A stretch of DNA of 64,000 nucleotides. It comes from Camelus dromedarius. Its lineage: Eukaryota. Below the pieces are notes generated by a model. The model ran no database searches. It was not told where the DNA came from and was given only the letters and a program-made list of their open reading frames with translations. The stretch lies in the NCBI RefSeq assembly GCF_036321535.1, contig NC_087447.1:46812001-46876000 (forward strand), written 5' to 3'. The translations under genes and the position numbers were made by a program. This document shows, piece after piece, positions 36,261-51,000 of the stretch; positions within the stretch are counted from its first letter, which is position 1; every line of letters starts with the position of its first letter.

Positions 36261-38189
36261 AAACTTGGCAAATATCCACATAATGATAGTTGTACTTCCA
36301 AAGAACACATACACACAGAATAGTAATAATAGCTAACATTTATTGAATTCTTACTATGCCAGCCACTGTTCTAAGTACTTTATTACATATGTAGACTCAT
36401 TTAATCCTCACAGTCACCCAGTAAAGTAAATAATGTTTTCTCCAATTACAGATGAGGAACTGAGACAGAAAGACTAAGTTACTTGCACTAGTTGTAAAAC
36501 CATTATTTGAACTCAGACAATTTTACTGTACCAGGGCTTTTAGTCTTAATCCCTAAATGATTCTTTTTCTCTCGTATGTCCTTTTTCAGACCTCTTGTAA
36601 TATGGCCAAAGATGCCCAGGGGTCTGTAGCCCACAGGATGGGAACTGCTACATTATCTCATTTAACCTTCCTAAAAGCCTATGAGATAAGTACTGTGAAC
36701 AAACTGAGGTCCAGAGACTTCAGGCATGAAGAGGATACTAATAGATAGAGCCAGAATTTGAACCCAGGTCTTCTATTTCATATTTCATAATCTCTACTGT
36801 ACCGTATGGTGCTTTTGGAAAGGATTTTTTCCATCAAGGGAACCAAGGGGTAATCTGGAGCATAGGAGGAGGAGAGGCTAATCTTTGCCCTTCAGCTTGC
36901 ACAGGTTCCAGACATTACTGGCTTATAGCCACCTCAAGTGTTGGTATGCACCATGAGTAGAGACATCTGTACCTTCAGGTCATAGTGCCTTGAATGATTA
37001 CATGGCACCAAGGCTGTCTGAACTAGGCACCATCCAGCAGACTAATCCACCTGGGATAGGGCTTCATGTCTGGACCCTGCTCATGCTTTATCCTGTCATC
37101 TAAGTCACTTGTTTCCCAGTGTGCTTATAGTGCCTGCTCTGTAAAATGGGGATTATTAGGATGGTTTAATTGAATGTGGAAAATAAGAAAACTCATAAAC
37201 CAAATACAGTGAGCCCCTTGGCCTTTCTCTGCTTGTATTAGAAATAATTATGTAATGTTGGCTAATCTGCAAAGATTTTTGAAAACCTCTGAAGAAGTGA
37301 GGACACATATACTGCAGTGGTTTTCAATGTGTACATTTTTTTTTTAAGCTATGAAATCTTTTCTTCAAACAATACCTTAAGGGGAAACACAATGTAGAAA
37401 ATAAGAGGATGCTTTCCTTGGGCTGGTAACCCTGACCCTTGTCAGGAACATCTGTAGAACTTATCAGAGTGTTAGAAAATCACTGATGTGTCATTCACTA
37501 GTTAATCCTTAATAGGAAGGTGATTGTAAATTAATGAGGCCAGTTATATAAGGAACACGCACAGTCATCTCATTACTTTACTGCCACACCCTGTAAACAT
37601 TATGCTGAACTACACTGGTGAGAGGACATGCTAACATAGCATATATGCACTGAGAAACTTAAACTCATGTCTTTAGAAAATTGGAAAAGGGAAATCTGTA
37701 GTGTCCTGCTTTATGCTGCTCTTATATAATAATGATCTATATTGGTTTCTTTAAAACTTTTGTTAACTTGGGTATAATGAATATTTTTACTGCTTTAGTT
37801 AAAATACTAACTTTGGAAGAAGAAAAATTGCTCAAGATACCTGTACACAGTGGCATCTCCTGTCCTTTTTCATGTTTATCAGAAGCTGGAGCTGGTCACC
37901 TTAACACGGTAAATACAGTGGAGTCAGACCATCTGCCTTGATTAACCAACTCTTTGACTTCTGAGCTACATGACTTTATACCTCATTGAGCCTCAGTTCT
38001 TCTTATCTTTGAATTGGGGTGATAATATCTATCTCATGGGTTGTGACTATTATATATAAGATTATATGGCAAAGTGTTTTGTAAACTCTAAAGCTAATGT
38101 TAATGACTTTGTTGCCCCTACTCCTAAGAGAAAAAGCTTAAGACATAAAAATATCTTCAGATACTATTTTATGTGGAAGTGGAATAGAA

Positions 38190-40620
38190 TTTTATTTTTA
38201 TTGAGGATAATTTCACATAACAAAATTCACTATTTTAACTGTTTTAAAGTATTCAGTGGCTTTTAGCATATCCACATTATTGTGCAACCATTGCCACTAT
38301 TTAGTTCTAGAACATTTTTGTTACCCAAGAGGAAACCCCATACCCATTGAGCAGTCATTCTCCATTTCGCTCTCCCAGCACACCCTGGCAACCAGTAATC
38401 TGCTTTCTATGTATTTACCTATTGTGGATATTCATATAAATAGAATCATACAATATGTGGCCTTTTGTGCCTGACTTCTTTCACATAGCATGTTTGCAAG
38501 TTTCATCTATGTTGCAGTATCTATAAATACTTCATTCCTTTTTGTGACTCTTTATTATTCCATTTTTCTCTGTTTTTTTTTCTTTCTTCTTTTTTTTTTT
38601 TTGGTGTTTTTTTGGTATTATTTATGAACCTGTAGTGGGCATAAAGTGGTATTTCATTGTGGTTTTGATTTGTAGTTCTAATGACTTTTGAGCATCTTTT
38701 GATGTTTTTATTGGATATTTGTATATCTTTCTTGGAGAAATGTCTGTTCAAGTGCTTTGTCCATTTTTTTAAATAGGATTTTTGTCTTTTTTTGTTGAGT
38801 TGTAAGAGTTCTTTATATAGTCTAGATACTATACCATCATCGGATACATGATTTAGAAATACTTTCTCCCATTCTGTGCATTCCCTTTTCACTTTCTTGA
38901 TAGTATCCTTTGATGCATAAACATTTTTAAGTTTGATGAAGTCCAATTTCTTTTTTCTTTTTTTAATTGAATATATTTGACATAATATTGTGTAAATTTA
39001 AGGTGCATAGCATGTTAATTTGCTACATTTATATATTGTATGATGACTGCCATTGTAGTGATATGTAGCACCTCTATCATACTGCATAATTATTCTTTCT
39101 ATTTAGTGTTTGGAATAATTTAAGTTCTAATCTATTAGCAAGTTTGATGGTTATAGCACAGTATCATTGTCCATATTCATTATACTGTGCATTAGATCTC
39201 TATGGCTTATTTACTAGTTGCAAGTCTGTATTCTTAAACCTATTTTTTGTTGCTTATGTTTTTAGTGTCATGTCTAAGGATCCACTGACAAATCCAAGAT
39301 TATTAAGATTTACCCCTATAGTTTCTTCAAAGAGTTTTATACTTTTAGCTCTTAGATTTCAATCTTTGATTCATTTTGAGTTAATTTTTTGTAAATGGTA
39401 TGAGATAAGGGTCTAACTTTATTTTTTGCTTGTGGATATCCAGTTGTCCTAGCACCATTTGTTGAAGAGCCTTCTTTTGCCATTGAATGGTCTTAGTCTT
39501 CTAGTCAAAAATCAATTGACCATAAATGTATCTACTTGATTTTGTACTTTCAATTCTATTCCATTGAACTATACATTTCTGCTTATGCCAATATCACACT
39601 TTTGATTACTATAGTAGTATTGTAAGTTTTGAAGCTGGGAAGTGTGAGTCCTCCATACTTATTCCTTTTCAAGATTGCTTTGGCTACTCTGGGTCCCTTG
39701 CAATTCCATATTAATTTTAAGATCAGTTTTTCAATTTCTGCAAAAATAGACAGTTGTGATTCTGATAAGGATTGCACTGAATCTGTAGATCACTTTGGGG
39801 GGTATTGCATTAATCTTCCTGAAATTGGATTATCTTTTCATTTATTTTGGTCTCTTTACTTTCTTTCATTAATGTTTTGTAGTTTCCAGTATACAAGTCT
39901 TATACCTTCTTGGTTAATTTATTCCCTAGTATTTCATTCTTTTTGGTGCAATTGTGAATGGAATTACTTTCTTAATTTCCTTTCTGGATTGTTCATTTTT
40001 AATATATAGAAATATAACTGATTCTTGTGTCTTGCAACTTTGTTGAATTTGTTTATTAACTAATAGTTTTTTTGTGGGTTCTTTAGGATTTTCTGTATAT
40101 AATTCATGTCCTCTGTTTTACTTCTTTTCCAATTGGATGCCTTTTATTTCCTTTTCTTGCCTAATTGCTGTGACTAAAACATCCAGTAAAATGCTGAATA
40201 ATAGCAGTGAAATTGGCATCCTTTTCTTTTTCCTGATCTTAGGGGAAAAGCTTTCAGTCTTTAATCTTTAAGTAAGTTAGCTGTGGGTATTTCATAAATG
40301 CCTTTTATCATGTTGAGGATGTTCCCTTCAATTTCTAGTTTGTTAAGAGTTTTTCTCATTGAATGGGTATTGGATTTCTCAAATATCTTTTTCTACATCA
40401 ATTAAGGTGATCATGTGGTGCATTCCTGGGATAAATCCCACTTGATCTTGATGTGTAATCCTTTTAATATGCTGCTAGATTTGGTTTGCAAGTATTTTAT
40501 TGAGGATTTTTGCCTCTCTGTTCATAACAGATACTGGTTTGTAGTTTTCTTGTCAAGTATTTATCTGGCTTTGGTATCAGGATAATGTAACCTCATAGAT
40601 GAGTTAGGAAGTGTTAACCT
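38190..40620 (-). mobile_element. L1 fragment (ORF2 and 3'UTR) with a nested L1 3' end at ~38950-39240
   Basis: Peptides MDFIKLKNVYASKDTIKKVKRECTEWEKVF and AEIEKLILKLIWNCKGPRVAKAILK are L1 ORF2. Confidence 0.9.
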
Positions 40621-41427
40621 TTTTTTCTGTTTTTTTTGAGCAATGGAATTTTGGTGTAGTATAAAATGCCTTGAAGTGAGAGTAATTTGGTCTCGATTTC
40701 CAGCACCACTGCTGATTAGTAATGGACCTTGGGCAAATTACTTATTCTCTCTTACCTCATCCTCATGTTTCATCTTTAAAGTGAGGGTTTAAGACTAGAT
40801 GATTACTATTTTCTCTTCAAGCTTTAAAATATTTTTTTCATTAATATTATTCCATGTAACTCCAGAGCCCCAAATTAAAGCTAAGGAATGAGAGAATGAG
40901 TTTTAAGAATGTAGATTTTGGCTGGGTATTATAAAGAAATTTTCAACAGTGGAATTTGTTCCACAGTAGAATGAACTGTCCTAGAGGGGAATAATCTTCC
41001 CATCACAACTGTGTTTTATTAGGGGCTAGACAACTCCTTGTCAGGGATGTTGTGGAGGGGATTTTTGGAATGGTTGGCTGGACAACTTCTAAATGCTGCC
41101 TCTCAGCTCTAAAATCTGTATCATATTAAAGTACCAAGAGGGATGAAGGTCTATCTTATTCTTAGAGGGACAAAACTCACCTGTTGAGAGAGAGAGAGGA
41201 TCAGATTTGTTCTGTTTTTATTTTGGTTTTGTTCTGATTACAAATGTTATACATGTTTATTATAAAAAATTCAAACAATATGTATGTGACATAGAAATCA
41301 AGTGTCCAAGAGAACCACTGTTAACAATTTGTTATACTTGCAGGTTTTTTTCTTTGCATGTATTAATATTTATAAGTTTTTAGATGTTATGACATCCATT
41401 AGGTTCTGCAGCATTTTCCACTTAAAA

Positions 41428-43755
41428 CAGGCGTACCTCAGAGATATCATGGGTTCATTTGCAGATCATTGCAGTAAAGTGAGTCACATGAAATTTTTTG
41501 TTTTCCAGTGCATGAAAAAGTTATGTTTACACTATACTCTAGTCTTAAGTGTGCAATAACATTATGTCTAAAAAACAATGTACATACCTTAATTTAAATA
41601 CTTCATTGCTAAAAAATACTAACTATCATTTGAGCCTTCATTAAGTCATAATCTTTTTGCTGGTAGAGGGTCTTGCCTCAATGTTGATGGGTGCTGACTA
41701 ATCGGGGAGGTGCTTGCTGAAGGTTGGGGTGGCTGTGGCAGTTTCTTAGAAAAGACAACAGTAAAGTTTGCCACATCAGTTGACTCCTCCCTTCACAAAT
41801 GATTTCTCTGTAGCACGCAGTGCTGTTTGACAGTATTTTGCACACAGTAGAACTTCTTTCAAAATCGGAGTCAGTCTTCTCAAACCTTGCCTTATCAACT
41901 AAGTTTATGTAATATTCTAAATCCTTTGTTGTCATTTCAACAATCTTCATAGCATCTTCAGCAGGAGTAGATGCCATCTCAAGAAATCACTTTCTTTGCT
42001 CATCCATAAGAAGCAATTCTTAATTCATTTAAGTTTTATCATGAGATTGCAGCAATTCAGTCATATTTTAAGGCTCCACTTCTAATTCTGCTTCTCTTGC
42101 TTTTTCCACCACATCTGCAGTTACTTTCTCCACTAACATCTTTAATCCCTCAAAGTCATCCATGAGGATTGGAAGAAATTGAGGGTTGGAATCAGTTTCT
42201 TCCAAACTCCTTTTCATGTTGCTATTCTGACATATTCCCACGAATTGTAAATGTTCTTAATGACATCTAGAATGGTGAATCCTCTCCAGAAGGTTTTCAC
42301 TTTATTTTGCCCAGATCCAAATAAGGAATGACTGCCTATGGCAGTTACAGCCTTACAAAATACATTTCTTAAATAACAAGATTTGAAAGTTGAAGTTACT
42401 CCTTGATCCATGGGCTGCAGAATGGATGCTGTGTTAGCAGGCATGAAAACAACATTAATCTCACTGTACATCTCCATCAGCACTTTGGGGTAACCAGATA
42501 CATTGTCAGTGAGCAGTAATATTTTGAAAGGACTCTTTTTCTTCTGAGCAGTAGGACTCAACAGTGGGCTTAAAATATTCAGTAAACCATGTAGTGAGCA
42601 GATATGCTATTATCCAGGCTTTGTTCTTCCACTTACAGAGCACAAAGTAGATTCAGCATAATTCTTAAGGGCCCTAGGATTTTTGGAAAGGTAAATGAGC
42701 ATTGGTTTCAACTTAAAAGTCACCAGCTACATTAGCCTGTAACAAGAGAATTAGCCTGTCCTTTGAAGCTTTGAAGCTAGACTTTGACTTCTCCTCTCTA
42801 GCTGTGAAAGTCCTAAATGGCATCTGTCTTGTTTGCTTTGAAAATCTGTTGTTTAGTGTAGCCACCTTCATTCATCATCTCAGCTAGATCTTCTGGGTTA
42901 ATTGCTGCAGCTTCTACATCACCTTGCTGCTTCACCTTGCACTTTAATGTCATGGAGATGGCTTCTTTCCTTAATGCTCATGAACCAACCTCTGTGAGCT
43001 CCAAACTTTTCTTCAGCTTCTTCACCACTCATAGCCTTCATAGAACTGAAAAGAGTTAAGGCCTTGCTGTGAATTAGGCTTTGACTTACAGTAATGTTGT
43101 AGCTGGTTTGATCTCCCATCCAGACCACTGAAACTTTCTTCATATCAGCAATAAGGCTGTTTTGCTTTCTTATCATTTGTGTTCACTAGAGTAGCTTTTT
43201 TAGTTTCCTTCAAGAGTTTTTCCTTTGCATGCACATGTGGCTACCTGTTTGGTGCAAGAGGCCTAGCTTTAGGCCTATCTCAGCTTTAAACACCCTTTCC
43301 TCACTAAGCTTTATTATTTCTAGTTTTTGATTTTAAGTGAGAGACGTACAACTCAGAGGTCATTGTAGGGTTATTAATTGGCCTAATTTCAGTTTTGTTG
43401 TGTCTCAGGGACTCAGGAGGTCTAAAGATAGGGAAGAGAGAGAGGGAGTGGCCAGTGGAGCAGTCAGAACTGACACATTTATTGATTAAATTTGCTGTCT
43501 TATATGGGCATAGTTTGTGGCCGCCCAAAACAATTACAATAATGACATCAGAGATGTCATAGATCACCATAACAAATATAAGAATAATGAAAATTTTGAA
43601 ATATTGTGAGAATTACCAAAATGTGACACAGAGACATGAACTGAGTAAATGCTGTTTGAAAAATGGCACAATAGACTCATTCAGTACCGGGTTGCCACAG
43701 ACCCTCAATTTGTTAAAAATAAAAATGCAGTATCTGCAAAGCACAATAAAACGAG
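41428..43755 (-). mobile_element. Near full-length, decayed Tigger1 (pogo-like) DNA transposon
   Basis: Terminus CAGGCGTACCTC. Minus-strand transposase remnants: CENP-B-type HTH ([12 protein letters not shown]...KFGAHRGWF) and DDE (KILLLTDN...[24 protein letters not shown]), broken by stops and frameshifts. Confidence 0.92.
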
Positions 43756-45289
43756 CTGGTAATATCTCTCAAATATCTATCCATATTAGTTTGTATGTAA
43801 TCCTTTTAAACTAGTAAAACAGTGTTCTTTGTAATTGATTTTTACGTCTGTTGATAGACATGTTGTTTATCTTAGTTGCAACAATGATTCAGTAAACTTT
43901 CTACATATATAATTTACATATATGCAAATACAGTGGGCCAACATTTCTGTAGAATGAATTCCTAGAAATGAAATTGCCTGGTCAAATGGAATTACCATTT
44001 AATTATTAATGGATCTTGTCAAATTGCCCTTCAAAAAGTTATAGCAGTATATAATCCTACCAACAGATGTTAAGCAGTGCTATTACCCAATACTAAAGAG
44101 AGTATAGGGAATCCTCAGTATTTTTAATCCTTCTCAACCCAATATGTGAAAATACCTAATTTAAAAGTCAAGTACTACAAGGTTTAAAAAGAAAAACATA
44201 TCAGTCAATCCTTTGCCCAATTCTAGCCATCCCTGATTATTTCAGTGGCAACTACTTTAAACTTTTTTAAGTTGTTTTCTGATACTGACCTTTGTTTTTA
44301 AATAACATGATCGCACTAATATATATATGTGTAATTTTTACTTTTAAATATTATGTATTGACTTCCTAACCATGGAAGGTGGTAATTTTCTTATACTGCT
44401 ACACATATACCCATCACATACATACTTTTCCTCCTCCCAGGTTTTGGTTAAATAAATATTTTGGTAAAATTACATAATAATGTAAATATTATTCACAGCT
44501 GAGCCATGTGGTGTATTTGGTCACATTTCCTTTCCTGGCTTAGGATTCTGTTGGAATGTTTCTTATTGATCAGAGCTCTTTGCATATTAGTAATAAGCCC
44601 TTTTGACATACATTTTGCAGGTATTTTTCCCCAGATTGCTCTCTGATTTTACTGGTAGAACTGGTACAGACATTTTATAGACTAGATTTATGAAGCATCC
44701 AATGGGCTGGGGATTCTGTTATTTACTATTCTATTTGGACAGCACATCTTATTTCTCCTTGTTTTCCATCCTGGGGCATCCAAAGTGCATCTGCCTGCCT
44801 AGACAGATTTTTTGGTACTTGCCATAGCCACCAGTTTAGTTCTTAGGGAACTCTCAACCTCACATCTGCTCTAGACTAAAGGTGGGCTCCAGGGAGCAGA
44901 AGCAGGGCAGAAACATAGTTGGGCCATTGCTAAAGGTATGAACTTCACCATTACATAAACAATTAATAACACCAGCTACCATTTACTAAGTACTTTATAA
45001 TGTGCCCAGTATTTTGCTGTGAGGGGGCTGGTATTATTTTTGCCACTGTATGGATCAAGAAACTGAAGCTTAAAGAGATTAGCTGAACCCTGCTCAACTA
45101 ATGATTAGCAGAGTCAGGATTCATACCCAGTCCCTGTGACTCCCATGTTCTCCTCGGTCTCCAATGATGTCTGTTTATTTGTTCAGTTAGCAAATATTCT
45201 TTGATCCTTTTTAGCCCCATGCTAGGGCTGTGATCAGTTAATGTTGTTTGCTTCATGGAAAAACCACTTTGAAAAAGAATTTATAAACT

Positions 45290-47520
45290 TGAATATTCAC
45301 ATTCCCTATGATCCAGAAGCTTAGTTCCTAGATATATGCCAAGAGAAAAGTTTGTGCATGCATCTCAGGGAGGATATACCAGAATTTTCATAGCAGCACT
45401 ATATTGTAATAGCAAAAACTTGAAAATGGATGAATGGATAGGTTAGTTGTGATGTATTTACACTATGGAATATTATAAGTTATAAAATAATAACATATAA
45501 ATACATAAAGTAACACAAAAAATTAACTATAGTTACAAATAATTAATGGTAAGGATGAATCTTAGCAATATAATATAGAGTGAAAAAAGTCCCAGGAAAC
45601 TACTTACAACTTGATACCTTTTATAGAAGGCTAAATAATAAAACTAAAAGCAATAAAAACTAAACAGTATGCTTTAGAAGTATGTATGTGTGTGATAAGA
45701 TCATATTTTTAAAAGCCAGGGAATGATAAAATCAAGATTCAGGATAAGGCTGATGTTGGATGGAAGATTGGAGGGTAGGACAGAGAAGAGGATGTAGCTA
45801 GATAAAAGTAATTTTAGATGTTCCAATTCTAATGTTGGGTAGTGGGTCCAGTATTTGTCATATTATTAAAAAAATAATGAACTTAAAAAGGAAGGAAATC
45901 CCGTCATATGCTTCAACATGAGTGAACCTTTGGGACATTATGCTAATGAAATAAGCCAGTCATGAAAAGACAAATATTTGTCTTCCACTTATATGAGGTA
46001 CCTAGAGTAATCAGATTTATATAGATTGTAGAATGGTGGTTGCCAAAGGCTGAGGAAGAGAGGGGAATTGGAAAGTTGTTGTTTCATGGGTAGTTTCAGT
46101 TTTGCAAGATGAAAAAGTTCTGGAGATCTGTGGCACAGCAGTGTGAATATACTTAACAGTACTGAGCTATACACTTAAAAATGGTTAAGATGAGGGGGGA
46201 CGGAAATAGCTGAGTGGTAGAGCACATGCTTAGCATGCACGAGGTCCTAGGTTCAATCCTGAGTACACCCATTTAAAAAAAAATGGTTAAGATTGTAAAT
46301 TTTATGTGTTTTTTAAACCACAATGAAAAATAATTTTTAAAAATTAAAACAAAAGTGGTCCATGTGTTGACTAATGAGAATATTCATTAACCAGAGATTC
46401 TGATTAATTCTTTTTTTCTCTCTCTCTACTTGAAGTTCAAAAATAAAGGCAAGAAAAAAAGCATTTCCCAAGATAGGGACGTACCTTACCAGATATTAAG
46501 ATATACCATAGAAATAGACAAATCGACTATTGGAAGAGAGTGAAGATCTCAGAGACAGATCCCTGTATAATGGGAACTTAATATACAATAAAGGTGTCAT
46601 CACCAGTCAATGAAGGACATAATCATTGCTAAGTAGATTGTGTGGAGAAAACTGGCTCAACATATGGAGAAAAATTAAAATGAAATTCTTATATAACACT
46701 GCATACAAAAGGGAATTAAAGATAGATTAAAGATCTAATTTTGAAGGGCAAATTATGAAGTTAATGAAAAATGTGTGGGCAAATAAGGTAAACATTTGAT
46801 AAATTTGATTATATTAAGATTAAGAATTTTCTGTAAAGGATACTGTAGGTAAAGTTAGCTGATAACGAAGTGGGGGGTTAATAATGATTAAAACAGACAA
46901 TAGACTAATATCTAGACTATATAAAGTAACTCCTACAAATCAACAAATAAAAGATAGCAACTCCAATAGAAAGATGGGCAAAGGATATGAACAGGCAGTT
47001 TACAGGAGAGGAAATCCCGAAGTCCATGAAGCCTGAGAAGAGATGCTCAGAATCATTAGTATTTAGAGAAGTGAACATTAAAACAGCAGTGAGTTATCAC
47101 TTTGTATGATTGGCTAGAAACTAGAAACTCAGTTATTTCCAAGTATTGGCAGGGATCCGAGGCTGTAGGAACCCCTGTGCAGTCTTTGTGGGTATGAAGC
47201 CTGGTACAGGCATTGTGGAGAGCAGCATGGCACTATTCAGTCAGATGGAATGTACAATGTCCTATGACACATCCTAACGGGACATGTGAGAGGGTGTTCA
47301 CTTTAACATCAATTTGGCAGTTAATTGAAGAGTTGGAGGCAATCTGGATACCTCTCTCTGAGTAAATAGGTAAAATGTGGCAGATGCATATCATGAAGCT
47401 GTGTACCCGTAACAACTTGTGGACTTTTAGAAGCATAGTACTGAGTGGGAAAAGTATCAAACAGAGATACATAGCACAGTGCCAATTACTAAATGAAAAA
47501 TATGCATATGAAACACATTA
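45290..47520 (+). mobile_element. Old L1 fragments (several nested pieces)
   Basis: L1 3'UTR (GACATTATGCTAATGAAATAAGCCAGTCA) and ORF2 remnants (GATGGGCAAAGGATATGAACAGGCAGTTTACA). Confidence 0.7.
46192..46278 (+). mobile_element. tRNA-derived SINE (vic-1 type) nested in an L1 3' end
   Basis: A/B boxes and TSD AAAAATGGTTAAGAT (46177-46191 / 46279-46293). Confidence 0.85.
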
Positions 47521-47839
47521 GAATGTCTGTAGAGTGAGGAATGGGAATAAAAAAGGAATCAAAACAACTCCCTGGAGAATGTTGTGTAAAGGAGAGGCCC
47601 TGGGATTGTTGTTGAGTAGTAGAAACATGAGCTGTTTGACATTAGCTGTCAGAGCTTTCCAGAAAATGCTTCTTATGGCATGCCAAGACATGATGGAATT
47701 AATTGATAAGGCTCTGTTTCTCTCAAGCTGCATGAAAGTTTCTGTCCTTCACTAGTGTTGGTTGGCGGCCTAGCCTTCCATTGGGCATATATGACCACTA
47801 AGTGGAGAAACACTAGCTACCTGCTCTGTTCTCCTAGAC

Positions 47840-48059
47840 CAGGTTTCTCAGTGGGGAGACTACTAACATTTTGGCTAGATGATTCTTTATTTCTGCAGGG
47901 AGGCCTGTTCTGTGCAGTGTAGGATATTTAGCAGCATCCTTGGCCTCTGCCCACTAGATGGCTAGTAACACCCCTCCCCCAATTGTGACAACCAAAAATG
48001 TCTTCAGACATTGCCAGATGTCCCCTGGGGAGAAAATTCACCCCTGATGAGAAACACTG
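47840..48059 (-). mobile_element. MER20-like hAT element, inverted relative to the 32336 copy
   Basis: Reverse complement of the MER20 signature, with a perfect 8-bp TSD TCCTAGAC (47832-47839 / 48060-48067). Confidence 0.85.
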
Positions 48060-51000
48060 TCCTAGACTCTAGGACCTAGAACAGCATGGATGTTGCCAGC
48101 CATGAGACTGATCATGAGCAAGTATGCCAGCCTCCTGGTTTCACTGCGAAAAGTATCAAACTTCTCTCTGTAATTTAGGAGTTCAACTCCAACCTTCAGT
48201 TTAAAAGAAAAGAAACTTAGTCTAAATTAACTGCTTTTGGGAGCAAGCAATCCTACTGTGTTCTGTATTTAAATTTCAGATACTATTCTTTTCAATAACA
48301 GCGGCAATAATGATAGTAACTTAAACTGCTTATAGTTTGGAATTTATTGATGTTTAAAGAAAATACTTTTCTCATCTGTTATCTCTTTGGAACCTGACAA
48401 TAAATAGCTTTATAAGATAGGCTAGGGATTTGTCCCCATTTTTCAGATTAGTAAACCGAAGTGCTCCATCCTGAAGTGATTTGCCAGGAGCACAGGGCCA
48501 ATTAAATTGCAGAGCCAGACATAAAATCCAGTTCTTGGTTAAGTGCTCTTTCCATAAAGTACTCAGTCATTTTTTTGAGGTTTCCAAAAGCTTTAGGAAA
48601 TTATTGTCAGTTCTGCCATAGTCATTTCTGTTTTTAGCCCCCCTGATAATTTCCTTTAATGACTTTTCCTAAGTCCTTTTCTTGGATTTCAAGTATTTTC
48701 AAAACTATCCCCCTTTACTCTATATTGTCTTGCCTCCTTAGTCTTTCTAGTTTACCCCCCAACTTAGTGAGTGATGCCGGGAGGCAGGACTTGGAAGACC
48801 AAAATTCTGGATTGGAAACCTAGACCAGGCCAGACTTGCTGTTTGGCTTCTCGGTAGCTCAGTTTTCATCATCTAGAGAGTTAATCTTACTCCCTCCATA
48901 GTTCCCTCAGGGATGTTAAGGGAAGGAGTAAGTTTATGCCTGGAAAAATATCTATCCTATTTTTAAAGATCTCTAAGGAGCTTTCATCATCTCTGTCTGT
49001 TACCAAATACAGTATCTTTTCAGACTCCTATCCCCTGAACTGCCGTTCCCTCCTGGAATGGATGAGTGGCAAAATCTCCTACCTTGCAGTCTTTAAACTA
49101 CTATAGATTTTTCTCAGACCAAGACATTAAGAGGGTCACCAGACTGTATGGCTCTCCTGAGAATATAATAAAAACTCCTAAGTGTGATCAGCTTCCTTTG
49201 AGCCATCCCTGCCTTGTTAGGCTCATTTCTCACACTTCCCTCAAGCCTCCTAGGTTCCCTCAGCCTGGAACACTCAACATGATGCCTTTCTCCCCCTGCA
49301 CCTGCTGGGCCAACAGGATAGCCTTCCTTGGTTCCTCCACGTTGAGTGAAACGCCTCTACTCTACTTTCTTGGCCACGAGGGCCGACTCCATTATAGCAC
49401 TTATCATTCTGCACTAGATGGTTTGTTTCCCCTCAGTAGCCTTAAGTTCTTGAGGAGGTTTTGTTTTTTTCTCTCTGAATTCCCCAGTCCTTAGCATGGT
49501 GTCCAGTAAATGCTCAGTAAGTGTTGTTAGATGACTGCTTGACTGACTTGCCTGGAGAGAAGACGGGGTGGGGTGGGGATACGTAATTTTAGGTATTAGG
49601 AAAGTAGTCATAAGAAATAGATAGTAAATTTACTCTGTGCTTCTCTGAAGGATAAGAGTTAGATTCAGAGGCAGAAGGGAGACAAAGGCAGATTTTTCAG
49701 GTCAGCATCAGGGAAGAAATGTCTAGCACATCAGTTATGATTGGAATGCCTGCTTTACATGGTAAGGTTGACCGTTTGCCAGGGGTGTAGTAGGAGGTAA
49801 TTGCCAACCAGGTTTCTGCCCTGTAGAGTATCCAGCAATACGTGGGGTCTTACTGGGTCACAGAAGCTATGCTGACTGTATCTGCTTGCTGGGCCTCTGG
49901 ATGATCTTAAGATAATAGCCACGCCTTCCTGTAGTTTTGTCCAGGTCTAACATCCCAACACCTTCAGTTCTTTATGTAATTTGGTTTCCAGACCTTTTTT
50001 AATCCTGGCTGCTCCCTTATGGTCATGCTTATTCGTCAGTGTTCTTTGTACTTTGTGATTCTAAGACCTGATCTCAGGATCCAAGGATGCTTTGACAGAG
50101 CAGAGAATGGTAGAGCTGCTGCCTCCTTCATTCTGAGTGTATTCTTAGTTACGCAGCATAGATTGCCTTGGCTTTTTTGGCAGTGACTTTGTTGACATAT
50201 TCCCTGGCGATCTGTGGTCAGGAGAAACCCCTAGATCTGTTCTGTGTGAGCTGCTATTAAGCCATTCCTTCCCCATCCTGATCTTGGTAGTTGGTGAGGT
50301 TTTATCCTAAGGTTTTGGTTCTTCATTTCAGCTTATCAGGTGTAGCTCTCATGCTACAAAGCTCTAGAAATGAGCTTTATCATTCTGGATCTCATTTTTT
50401 CTGTTTTCCGTGTTCACTGCCTTGCTCCTCTCCCCTTCCCTAGCTTTGTGCTATCCACATTCGGTAAGTAGATCCTTTGTATTTCCATCCAAATCATTCA
50501 TGAAAACATTGACCAGAGCTGTAGAGCATATCCCAGACACCTTTCTCTGTCCATTTATCAGTATTTTTTTTCAAATACTTTCAAGCTGTGAATCTCTTAC
50601 TTTGTTCTACTACCTGGACTTATAGTTTTCATTTCATCCTCAATACTCCTTTTCAGTCAAGCATGGTGAGTGATCCCCGCCCTGACAACATAGGGAGATT
50701 CAGAAATGACGAAAATACTGAAAGTCAGAAGTGCCAAGCATCAGCACACTGTCGGGGTGCTGGTGCCCAGGGAAGGATGTGATCTGGGAGCTCTCTTCTG
50801 ACTTTTCATGAATTATAGTATCTGAGATGAAAGAAATCCAAAAGCAAGACAATCCATTTAAATATGGGCTAGCTTTTACTGTTAACATTGAACACATCAT
50901 CCCAGCTGTGTAGCTTTGTGGGGAGATAAGTGAGATGTTGCTATTCTACCTTCCAGATCACAGAAGCTGGGACTGTCCCTCAACAAATATTTGCTGAACA

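Noticed and set aside
16763..40271. L1 ORF2-like peptides as functional reverse transcriptase genes
   Set aside because: They are short, truncated, stop-riddled fragments. No full-length L1 is present.
41678..43570. Domesticated TIGD/CENP-B-like gene
   Set aside because: The transposase is split across frames with stops and sits within Tigger1 terminal sequences.
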